Origin: Deltaproteobacteria bacterium
GTDB lineage: Bacteria > Myxococcota > Kuafuiibacteriia > Kuafuiibacteriales > Kuafuiibacteriaceae
DNA: 64,000 bases
Direction: 5' to 3'
Assembly: GCA_040218735.1 (NCBI GenBank)
Contig: JAVJQW010000022.1
Span: 128,001-192,000 of the forward strand
Position 1 is the stretch's first letter. Every line of letters starts with the position of its first letter. The position numbers were made by a program, and so were the translations under genes. Under the pieces are notes generated by a model. The model searched no databases. It saw only the letters and a list, made by a program, of their open reading frames with translations, and had not been told where the DNA came from. Shown here piece by piece: positions 40,818 to 49,560 of the stretch.

Positions 40818-42779
40818 CTAGAACTCTTCGACCGCGACTTCGGAGGCGGTGACGATAGTCTCACCGTCCACGACGAACGAGGTCTCGAGCACTGCCGAGT
40901 CGACGAAGTCGAAGTTGAACTCCGATCCGAGGTCGACGACGAACTCCTCGTCGGGGTTCTCGACCTCGATTTTGATGCCCCCCATCGTCGGGTCGCACCA
41001 CGCCGGCTGGCACGGCGTCATGCGTAGAACCATCGTGTCGAGGTCCTCGGTGGCCGCGTCGTACTCGATCTTTCCGGAGAACATCGACTGCCAACCCATA
41101 CAGGCTGGACAAGACGGTTTCCCGGGCTGAGGTCCGACCCAGGGACGCTCGATGTTCTGGTCGATCAGGGGGACCGTCGGAAGGTTCGTCAGCGTCGCCG
41201 GCGTCAGCGGGCCGCTGAGGAGTCCCGGGAACTCGATGTCGATCACGGCGCTCATGTCGACGACGACGTTCGCACCGGCCGGGCGTGCGGGGCACGTGGC
41301 CGGGCACGCGGCGCCCGCGCACACGGCGTGAATCGTGTTGCAGATGTCGATGCGGCGTTGACTGAAGGTCGTGGAAAGGCCCGTGGCACCCTGCTGGAAG
41401 TCCGCGGGTTCGGGCAGCAGAACACCGTTGTCATAGACGAGGTCCACGATATCTCGACGTTCGGCCTGCGAGTCGTAGCGCCAGATGAGCGCGGCGAGCC
41501 CGGAGAACGCCGCCGCCGAGACCGACGTTCCAGAGCGAGCGAGCGTGGGGGGCGAGCCGATGATGTTCTGCGCAAAGGTATCCACGACGCCGAACGCAGC
41601 CGGGCCGACGATTCGTGGCGTGCCGCCGTTGCGCGCAACGCCGAGCGTCTCGTCGCGGCCACTCACAGCTCCGATTGCGTAGAGCGCTGGGCGGTAGCTC
41701 GAGGTCGCGCCGTCGCTACACAGCGTGTCTTCGAACTCCCATCCTCCCGGGTAGAGCGGTCCGGTCTGAGTGGTCACCTGTGCGCGGTTGCCGGCGGCCG
41801 CGACGACGAGCGCGCCTGCGCAGGCCGCGTGCTGGATCGACAGCCAGGCCGCGAGCCCGGTCGTTCGCATGTCGGGGCCGTGAAGACCGGAGTACCTTTC
41901 GTGCCAGCCGATGCTCATGTTCATGACGAGGTTTGCGGAGCTGGCGCTATACTTCCAGTCGTACAGAGCGCGGTCGATGGCGTCGGCCACGTCACTCGGG
42001 TAGCCGTGGGCGCCGCCGTCGAGCGTGAGCGCCTGGTAGGTGAGGATGTCCCCCGCACAGTCGATCTCGGTACCGTTGCGGGAGATGCAGCTCGCATCTC
42101 GTGCGATGGAGCTGACGATCATCCCGTGGTCGGAGTCACCAGGGGGGGGGGCGACGGGGCTCCCATCGGGGGTCGAGTCGATGACCGCAATACGTACCGG
42201 GTGGCCCCCGGGGATCTGCGCACCAGGCCCGAAGTTGGCGTGGTTGAGTTGCGCGCGATACGCATCGCGCAAGAGCGTCGCGGACGCAGGCTGCGTCGGG
42301 AGGAACTGCGGCGCGACGACTCGGCAGTCACGTTCCAACCGCATCCTGCCGGTGTTCGGGAGAGCCGAGATGACCGGAGGCCCCGGGTTGGACGAGGACT
42401 CGATCCACTCGTATTTACAGAACCGATCGAGCTCTTCGGGGTGCTCGGGGAAGTTGCCGCCAACCCAGTTGCTCGTGAACAGGGGGCTGACCTGCCAGGA
42501 GCCCCCCGGAGTCAGCCGACCGGCGGCTGGGCACGTGAATTTGCTGCTGATCGCCGTGAGGTAGTACCCGATCCACCGCTCGTCCACGCACGCGTCCTGC
42601 AACTCCGGCGGGAGGGCGCCCTCGCGTCCCCCGCACGAGTAGCTCCCGCCGCCAGGCGGACACGGTGGAGGCGTGAAGCCCATCGTCGAGATCGACGACG
42701 TCGCGACGCGGAGCGTCTCGGGCTGTTCGGGACCGCAGGCCACGAGGGGCAGCAGCGCGAGGAAGTAGGTTCTGTTCAT
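40818..42779 (-). CDS. Subtilase (S8) lipoprotein, Cys-rich
   Basis: Lipobox LVAC; catalytic D (IAVIDS), H (DHG), oxyanion N (AAAGN), S (SGTS); ATGA overlap with the upstream gene. Confidence 0.85.
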   Translation of the reverse strand: MNRTYFLALLPLVACGPEQPETLRVATSSISTMGFTPPPCPPGGGSYSCGGREGALPPELQDACVDERWIGYYLTAISSKFTCPAAGRLTPGGSWQVSPLFTSNWVGGNFPEHPEELDRFCKYEWIESSSNPGPPVISALPNTGRMRLERDCRVVAPQFLPTQPASATLLRDAYRAQLNHANFGPGAQIPGGHPVRIAVIDSTPDGSPVAPPPGDSDHGMIVSSIARDASCISRNGTEIDCAGDILTYQALTLDGGAHGYPSDVADAIDRALYDWKYSASSANLVMNMSIGWHERYSGLHGPDMRTTGLAAWLSIQHAACAGALVVAAAGNRAQVTTQTGPLYPGGWEFEDTLCSDGATSSYRPALYAIGAVSGRDETLGVARNGGTPRIVGPAAFGVVDTFAQNIIGSPPTLARSGTSVSAAAFSGLAALIWRYDSQAERRDIVDLVYDNGVLLPEPADFQQGATGLSTTFSQRRIDICNTIHAVCAGAACPATCPARPAGANVVVDMSAVIDIEFPGLLSGPLTPATLTNLPTVPLIDQNIERPWVGPQPGKPSCPACMGWQSMFSGKIEYDAATEDLDTMVLRMTPCQPAWCDPTMGGIKIEVENPDEEFVVDLGSEFNFDFVDSAVLETSFVVDGETIVTASEVAVEEF

Positions 42780-43543
42780 GGATCGTCTCCCGGAGACGGC
42801 ACCCCGGGCGGGGTACCTGAGCTAGTTGGTTCGAGCTGGAACCGATGCTCGACGACGCGTGCGCCCGTTGGTGGCGTCGCCCAACTCGCCGTCGGATCCG
42901 CGATCGGATCCGAGCTGACGACGAGGACGAGCCTCCACGCCCCCGGTTCGAGATTCACGTCCTCACCGAACGTGCCCCCCACCCGAAACGCGCCATCCCG
43001 CGTGACCACCGGGCCCGTCCACGAGTGGGCGGTCCCGTCGGCGTCGACGGCGACTGCGCTCAGGTGCGCGGTCCCCTCGACGGTCACTCGGGGGCGGACG
43101 ATGACGTCGACCTGACTGCCCGCCACGTAGCGGTAGTCGTCCGTCGTCGGCGTATCGCCGCGCACCACCTTCTCCCCCGAGCGCACGACCATCGCGTACT
43201 CGGGGAGAGCGGGGGTGCTCGGCGCCGTGACGAAGAGGACGACCGCCGCTGCTGCGGCCGCCGCAAATCCCGCGGCGGCGCCCAGCCGGATTCGGTTTCG
43301 CCGCTTGGCCGCGAGGTCGACGACCTCCGCCTGCGGTGCGACACCGAACAAAGCCTCGGTCATTCGTGCCCGTTCGTCATCGTCCAGTGGCTTCAACGCT
43401 TCCACCGGTGGAGCGCCGTCGGGGAGCCGATCCTGTCGGCCCTCCTTCGCGGCGTCCCACCAGTCATCCGCTTCGTGCGATCGCGCCTCGACCATCTGTC
43501 CCAGCTTTCGGAGGAGGTCGTCTCGGCCATCGTGGTCCGTCAC
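42776..43543 (-). CDS. Putative single-pass anti-sigma factor
   Basis: Cytoplasmic N-terminus, VVDLAAKRR then Ala-rich TM helix, Ig-like extracytoplasmic domain; 4-bp overlap with the ECF sigma gene. Confidence 0.7.
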   Translation of the reverse strand: MTDHDGRDDLLRKLGQMVEARSHEADDWWDAAKEGRQDRLPDGAPPVEALKPLDDDERARMTEALFGVAPQAEVVDLAAKRRNRIRLGAAAGFAAAAAAAVVLFVTAPSTPALPEYAMVVRSGEKVVRGDTPTTDDYRYVAGSQVDVIVRPRVTVEGTAHLSAVAVDADGTAHSWTGPVVTRDGAFRVGGTFGEDVNLEPGAWRLVLVVSSDPIADPTASWATPPTGARVVEHRFQLEPTSSGTPPGVPSPGDDP

Positions 43544-44181
43544 AACGCCCCCCGCTGCTTCCTTCCGGGTTCAGTGGCCGGATCTGACTCGATTTGCTCG
43601 AAAACTTTCATCAGGGTCTTCCGAATGCGCGAACGCCACGCATAGACCGCGTCTCGGGACATCTGATGGTGCTCCATGATCCACGCGACGTCTCGCTGTT
43701 CGACGAACAGGAGTCGAAACATCTCGAATCCCTGGTCCGAGAGCTCGCGTTGGAGGCCCTCCAGGAGCTGCGAGAGCTGCTGTTTGGAGATCGCACGCAC
43801 CTCGGGCGTGGGGCCCTCCGCGATGTCCTGATCGAAGTCGGCGGGGTCCTGCGCGTCCTCGGCGTGGCCGCTTTGGCGCCCGCTCGTGAGGATGTTCAGG
43901 ACTCTGCGCTCCGCGACCATTCCGACCCAGCCCTCGAGGGTCGCGCCCCGCTTCGGGTCCCAGCCGCGGAGGATTCGTCCGTCGTCGTCGAGGAGGATAC
44001 GAAAGACCTCCTGGGTGAGGTCGAGGACGTCCTGGCGCGCCCCCCGACGCCGTCGCACGAGGGCCGCGTTGACCTGGCGTTGAATCGCGGGCGTCAGACG
44101 ATCGACGAGCGCGCGGCAGGCCGTGGGATCACGCGCGAGGGCTCGTTCGATGAGCTGGAGGTCGGAGCCGTGCGGCGCCAC
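43540..44181 (-). CDS. ECF-type RNA polymerase sigma factor
   Basis: DLQLIERAL, region 2 DVLDLTQEVF...WDPKRG.TLEGW, region 4 FRLLFVEQ...AVYAWRSRIRK. Confidence 0.87.
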   Translation of the reverse strand: MAPHGSDLQLIERALARDPTACRALVDRLTPAIQRQVNAALVRRRRGARQDVLDLTQEVFRILLDDDGRILRGWDPKRGATLEGWVGMVAERRVLNILTSGRQSGHAEDAQDPADFDQDIAEGPTPEVRAISKQQLSQLLEGLQRELSDQGFEMFRLLFVEQRDVAWIMEHHQMSRDAVYAWRSRIRKTLMKVFEQIESDPATEPGRKQRGAL

Positions 44182-44298
44182 TTACACGACCGCCGTTGGG
44201 GTCTCAGTCTGCATCTTGTGCTCCCCGCACATCCAAGTCCCCTGCCATGAGTGGCCGTTGATGGTCGAATCCTTCGTTCGGCTCGGGCAAGTGGAGGA

Positions 44299-46827
44299 TC
44301 AGCGGACGAGGAGCACGAAAGCGTCCGCGGCCTCACCGACGGCGCGTAGAGCGACCTGGTGAGCGGCTAGCAGGTTGCTCTGATCGGCGGAGATCCGGCC
44401 GTGCAGTGCTGTCGCATATGCGAGAGCATCAGCGCTATCGACTTCGCGATGTGTTGCGATGACAACCTCGGAACCCGCGATCGCAAAGGCCTGAGCAACC
44501 CCTATGCCACCCTCGTCAAGCGTCCCGGTCTTGGCGGTCTCACACCCAGATAAGATCACTCGGCGCGGTACTGATCGCAGCAGAAGAACGTCACCCACGC
44601 TCAGTTCCGTGTCAGCTAGGAGCAAGGCAGAGTCCCATCCCTCCGGTCCCGCACTTCTTCCGTGTCCTGCGAAATGAAAGGCGTCCGCGTTCTGCACCGC
44701 TTCAATGACGGCACTACGGGTCGCGGATCGGCCGGAGATATGGACCAAACTACGCTGCGGGTAGAGGTGTTCGATCTGCGATGCTTCGCGTCGCGCTGCC
44801 ACGAGGTCCCGGCGAGGATCGGATACGATTAGCTGGTTGCTGGCCCGTGTAGGTGCATGGCTAGGACCAAGGTCGAGACCAAAAGCTACAGGTATCTGCA
44901 CACGGAGGTCTCGCGCTAGAGATGCGGCGGTCTCGGGGCGATCAGCGAGGACTAGGATTCTCGCTGCCTCAGAGAGCTCGACGTCGTCGATAGCGGCCGC
45001 TATCCCTTTGTCTAACGGACGAACGGAGATGCCGTTCGCGGTTCGTACGAACAATGTGGGGCCTCGATCTGTTTCGATTGGAAGTGTGACCAGGTCGCCC
45101 GCGGCGAATGCAGGGTCGCGGGTTGGCGTTCGAGGTCTGAGCAGTGCCAACGCTGTCTCCATCGTGTGGTCGACGGCGGTAGCGAGGGCACGTTCTTTTG
45201 CGTCTGCCCGACCGACGTCTTGTTCGGCGGTCGCCCAAGCTTCGTTAGCCCGATAGGAAGCCAAGGCTTCTCGGGCCTCTTCGACAGCAGCAACGCTGTG
45301 AGCCCACTCGGAACCGTCAGCGCCGTGTAGCCGGTGGACCTCCGCGATTGCCGCGAGCGTTAGGTAGGCGCGCCGTCGCGCTCGCCGAGCCACCGTGAAC
45401 GCTTCCAAATCGGCGCCTCGCCCGAGAAGCACTGTAACAAGTTCGCGGGCGCTTTCACTTCGCTCGTTGAGCCAGGCAAAACGCCCTTGTCGGGCAGGCA
45501 TGAGGAACGCCTGCCTTCCAAGAATATCTTCAGCGAGTCGATACTGTTCCTCGGCCTTCGTGACCTTCAAACCTTCGCGGTATGCACGCCCCGCCCCGAG
45601 TCGGGCTCGCCATTCTAGAGCTTCGTAGCGAGTACGCGATGCTCGTTGAGCAAGCCGCACGAACGCATCAGCCGCTGACTCGGTCTGGCCGAGCGCAAGT
45701 TCCAGGCGGGCTCCAAGCAGTGCAATCCAAAGTCGCTGAACTGGGTCCTGTGTCGCGTTGGCTTGCTCGAGCCATACGCTCGCTTCGGCCGAATCCTGCA
45801 GTTCAAGATGTGCGAGAGCCAGGTTGATGATGTGGTGATTTCGAGTGTCCTCGTCCGCGCAGCTACGCTTGGAGGCGTGAATGCCAGCCTCGAAGAGGCG
45901 GGCCGCGGCGCGGGTGTCGTCTGGCCGCTTGAGCATCAGTCGAGCCCACCCAGCGTTGAGTATGTCCGTCGACCATTGGCATCCGCCTGGAGTTGACAGA
46001 CGACTAAGCTCGTCAAAGATCTCTACGGCCTCGGCTGCACGGCCTGATTCCAAAAGAAGCAAGCCACCGAGACTCGCAGCGTCTCGGAGCGCAGGATCTC
46101 CGAGTCGGCGGGCCCACCGAATCGCGTCATCGAGCTCGCGGTGCGCGGTCCGGCGATCTCCGAGGCGCCAAGCAACGAAGCCGCGAAGCCAGCCCATCAA
46201 GACTCGAGATCGACCATCGAAGGACGCTCCGAGGGGAAGGTCACGTCGACGACGCTCCGCCTCCGAGAGTTGTCCAAGAGTCGTGATTTCCAGGTACGTC
46301 AGCGCGTACGCGATTTCTCTCCACCTGTGCGCCAACTTGGAGTTGCGCGCGAGGTCTTCCGCTTCCTCGAGGAGGTGGTGCGCCTTCTCCGCGTCCCCCC
46401 GCCTCAGTGCCCTGAGCCCCGCCTGGTGCAGCCGGTACGCCTCCCTCGGGCCCGCTTCCGCCGGGGTCGCGGTCTGAACCCACTTCAGCGGGAGCTCGAA
46501 CCTCCCGCCCTTCATGTCCACGCGCACGCGCTCGGCGTGGTCCTCGAGCGGCAGCTCCAGCCTCGCGCCGTCCTCCGCGGGGATGAGCTTCGTGGCGACC
46601 TCGTCGCCGTCGATCTGGACTTCGACCTTCGAGGAGGCCGAGGCGTCGAACCACACCGTCAGCGTCGAGCCCGAGGTGTAGAGGCAGGTGCGGTCGGCCT
46701 TGATCTCCGTGCAGCCGCGGAAGACGCCGAAGAGCTCGGGTTTGGGGGGCGACGCCTTGCAGGCGAGCGCCGCGCTCGCCAGCGCGACGAGGGCGAAGCC
46801 CATCGAGGTGGCGCGGTCGCGGCGCAC
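44299..46827 (-). CDS. Lipoprotein with TPR-like repeats and C-terminal CHAT (caspase-like) domain
   Basis: Lipobox ALAC; helical repeats; DPRRDL.AA..E, FHFAGHG (His), ILSGCET (Cys), AQAFAIAG. Confidence 0.87.
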   Translation of the reverse strand: MRRDRATSMGFALVALASAALACKASPPKPELFGVFRGCTEIKADRTCLYTSGSTLTVWFDASASSKVEVQIDGDEVATKLIPAEDGARLELPLEDHAERVRVDMKGGRFELPLKWVQTATPAEAGPREAYRLHQAGLRALRRGDAEKAHHLLEEAEDLARNSKLAHRWREIAYALTYLEITTLGQLSEAERRRRDLPLGASFDGRSRVLMGWLRGFVAWRLGDRRTAHRELDDAIRWARRLGDPALRDAASLGGLLLLESGRAAEAVEIFDELSRLSTPGGCQWSTDILNAGWARLMLKRPDDTRAAARLFEAGIHASKRSCADEDTRNHHIINLALAHLELQDSAEASVWLEQANATQDPVQRLWIALLGARLELALGQTESAADAFVRLAQRASRTRYEALEWRARLGAGRAYREGLKVTKAEEQYRLAEDILGRQAFLMPARQGRFAWLNERSESARELVTVLLGRGADLEAFTVARRARRRAYLTLAAIAEVHRLHGADGSEWAHSVAAVEEAREALASYRANEAWATAEQDVGRADAKERALATAVDHTMETALALLRPRTPTRDPAFAAGDLVTLPIETDRGPTLFVRTANGISVRPLDKGIAAAIDDVELSEAARILVLADRPETAASLARDLRVQIPVAFGLDLGPSHAPTRASNQLIVSDPRRDLVAARREASQIEHLYPQRSLVHISGRSATRSAVIEAVQNADAFHFAGHGRSAGPEGWDSALLLADTELSVGDVLLLRSVPRRVILSGCETAKTGTLDEGGIGVAQAFAIAGSEVVIATHREVDSADALAYATALHGRISADQSNLLAAHQVALRAVGEAADAFVLLVR

Positions 46828-46878
46828 GATCCCCTACGAGGTATCACACGTGGGCCGCGACCGGCCATGGGGCCCAGG

Positions 46879-47451
46879 TCAGCTGCTGCACTCGGACATC
46901 GTGCACTGCTCGAAGCGCTGCTCGCACTGCAGGGAGCACGCGGGGAAGCCGCTCGGACCCTTGACCGCGCACCACGACACGCACGCCACCAGCTTCAAGC
47001 TACACTTCGTGCAGTCCCACTCGCCGCCGTGGGACCCGCCCGACGGGGGCGGGTTCGGGAGCGGCGCCGGGTTGTAGCAAGGCTGGTCGAGCGCCTCGAA
47101 GAACGCGCAGTACGGATCCTGGAACGGCGCCGGGTGGAACGGATCCGGGAAGTACTGCTGCCCCGGCACGCCGATCGTGAACGCCGCCTGGCGCGCGTTC
47201 TCCTTCGTCAGCGCGTAGCCGACGCCCTGGTGCTCCACCACGCACCCGTCGCCGCCGCAGATCACCGGCAGGTCGCGACAGTACTCGGGCATCACGTCTT
47301 CGACGCACGAAACCGCGTCGCAGCACATCGCCACCTCCGATTCGAACCTCGCCGCCGCCGTCTTCTCCGCGAGCTCCGGCTCCGCGCCCGCGCACGCCGT
47401 GAAGCCCGTCGCGAAGAGCGCGAGCGCCATCATCTTCTTGTCGTTGGTCAT
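46879..47451 (-). CDS. Cys-rich hypothetical lipoprotein
   Basis: AAGGAGAG RBS; lipobox FTAC; many Cys, with a C-terminal Cx3C-spaced cluster after a Pro/Gly linker. Confidence 0.75.
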   Translation of the reverse strand: MTNDKKMMALALFATGFTACAGAEPELAEKTAAARFESEVAMCCDAVSCVEDVMPEYCRDLPVICGGDGCVVEHQGVGYALTKENARQAAFTIGVPGQQYFPDPFHPAPFQDPYCAFFEALDQPCYNPAPLPNPPPSGGSHGGEWDCTKCSLKLVACVSWCAVKGPSGFPACSLQCEQRFEQCTMSECSS

Positions 47452-47475
47452 CGTCTCTCTCCTTCTTTCTTCGAC

Positions 47476-49470
47476 TCAGTTCGCGAAGCCGGCCTGAACG
47501 GTGAACTCGTTCAGCGACTCCGCGGAGTTGTTCGACAGCACCGACTCGTTGTCCGTCTCGACTGACATCCGAATGCGCCACGTCCCGTTGTTGAGCGCGC
47601 CAAGCGGCAGGAACTCGACCGACGAAAACGAGCTCCCCGCCGGCAGCGACGGCGCGCTGCCCGAACCCAGGCTCACGATCGCGCCCCCCGCGTTCACCGC
47701 GAAGAAGTGGGCCGTCCACGTGCCCGCGCCTGCGCTGGTGTTCGTGACCGAGAACGTGACGGGCAAGTCGTCTTGCGGTTCGTAGGTCCCCGGGTAGGCC
47801 TCCACGAAGTCGACCTCGAGGTTGGGCTGCGGCCCCTGGAACGTCAGCGTCTGAACCTCGAATCCGATCGGAGCGACCCTCCGGTTCGAGGACAGGAGGG
47901 ACTCCGGATCACTCGGATCCGCTTTGACTTCGATCGCGAGCCAGTACGTGCCAGCCGGGACCCCCGAGAGCGACACGGCGTCGGATCCCGAGTACGTGTC
48001 GCCGGCGTCCAGCGAGGGGCCGCTGCCGGTGCCGACGAGGAGGGCGTCCTCCGTGAAGAACGGACTCGGGCTGAGGTAGATGTCGGCCGACCAGGGCTTC
48101 GCATCGAGCTTGCCCTTGTTCTTCACCTCGAACGTGAAGTTCACGGCGCCCGAGCTCGAGTACACACCCGGCGTCGCCTCGACCTCCAATACTTCGAAGT
48201 CGACCTCGTGATTTTCGATGACGATGATGTCCATATCCATGAGGATCTCGTCCCGACCCTCGTTGTTCGATTGATTCGCGTCGGGCGCTTCGACCCAGAT
48301 GCCGATGAAATAAGTTCCCGGCGTGACCGAGCCGGGCACGGTGATCGTCGCCGCCGGGACGGCCAGCATCCCGAGCGCGTCGATCGTGACGTTGGGGTCC
48401 TGCCACGACCACAGCGTGGTGTCGCTCGCGCTGATCGAGCCGTTGTTGGAGAGCTTGATGTGTACCTTGACCGGACCGCTGTAGTCCGCCTCCGAGTAGT
48501 TGTGGACGTAGATGCCGTTCACCTCGAGCTTGTCGCCGGCGGCCGGAGCAATCGACTTGTCCTCGATGTGCAAACCCACCGGAGTCAGATCGGGGACGTC
48601 GGGGCGCTCCTCGTAGATGACCTCTCGCAGGACGTCGAAACGCGTCCCGTTGATTCGGACGTAGCGAATCCCTTCGGGCCAGATTGGGTACACCGTGCTC
48701 GCGACCGCACGTGCCGTGTGGTCGTCCTTGTCGGCGAGCGAGCTGCCGCTCATGCCTCCGTAGCCGGCGATGTTCACCTGCACGCGGTGCGCGGTCGGAC
48801 ACCAATCAGCGTCGCCGCTGGTGTACACCATGCTGCCTGCGAGCGGACCGAGCGTCGGGAACGAGTAGCTCTCGTAGTCACCGTGCGTGAGGGCGTGACA
48901 CGAAGCCTCGCCGTAGCCGTACCAACCCGTCAGCGCTCCGATGGGACGATCCAGCGTCACGATCGCCATGTCCCAGTTCCACAGGCCGTGGACCGTCCAG
49001 CCCTCGAACGCCGTGACCTTCTCGATCTCCGCGGTTCCGTACGCCAACGTACCGGGCGTGGCCGTTCCGTGTTCGATTCCGAACCAGCCGAAGTCGGGAT
49101 CGTGAAAACAATGCGCCGCGGTGAGTACGTGGCGTGCGTCGATCATCGTTCCGCTGCACTCGCCGACGTTGACCGTCGCGCGCGCCGGCCACTGACCGGG
49201 GTCGTCCACGGGAGCGATCTCACCCATTCCGAACAGGGTCCCGTAGAGGTCACCGCCGAGCTGGCCGCTCTCTTCGCGTGGACCACCTCCGTTCATGACC
49301 AGGCGTCGCGTCGTCTCGCGGCCCGTCCTGACGTCGTAAGTGAGGACGTTGCCCACACCCTTGGGTTCCTCGGGCGCCGTGAGTTGGGCCGTCGATGACT
49401 GGGCGCTCGCTGGGTTTGGGCATACGAGGGCCACTGCGGCGACGGCCGCGCATTTCGAGAGCGTTTTCAT
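47476..49470 (-). CDS. Secreted trypsin-like (V8-type) serine protease with CARDB/Ig-like repeats
   Basis: Signal peptide; CSGTMI, LTAAHC, WDMAIV, GMSGS; three C-terminal modules ending in E..xNN/SNR. Confidence 0.85.
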   Translation of the reverse strand: MKTLSKCAAVAAVALVCPNPASAQSSTAQLTAPEEPKGVGNVLTYDVRTGRETTRRLVMNGGGPREESGQLGGDLYGTLFGMGEIAPVDDPGQWPARATVNVGECSGTMIDARHVLTAAHCFHDPDFGWFGIEHGTATPGTLAYGTAEIEKVTAFEGWTVHGLWNWDMAIVTLDRPIGALTGWYGYGEASCHALTHGDYESYSFPTLGPLAGSMVYTSGDADWCPTAHRVQVNIAGYGGMSGSSLADKDDHTARAVASTVYPIWPEGIRYVRINGTRFDVLREVIYEERPDVPDLTPVGLHIEDKSIAPAAGDKLEVNGIYVHNYSEADYSGPVKVHIKLSNNGSISASDTTLWSWQDPNVTIDALGMLAVPAATITVPGSVTPGTYFIGIWVEAPDANQSNNEGRDEILMDMDIIVIENHEVDFEVLEVEATPGVYSSSGAVNFTFEVKNKGKLDAKPWSADIYLSPSPFFTEDALLVGTGSGPSLDAGDTYSGSDAVSLSGVPAGTYWLAIEVKADPSDPESLLSSNRRVAPIGFEVQTLTFQGPQPNLEVDFVEAYPGTYEPQDDLPVTFSVTNTSAGAGTWTAHFFAVNAGGAIVSLGSGSAPSLPAGSSFSSVEFLPLGALNNGTWRIRMSVETDNESVLSNNSAESLNEFTVQAGFAN

Positions 49471-49560
49471 TCCTACTTCCCTCCGAACTCAGTTCGGGCC
49501 GTTGATGGTTTCGATGGTTGTCCCTTCAGGACGAACCACCGCGGTCTGACAGCTCGGAGG

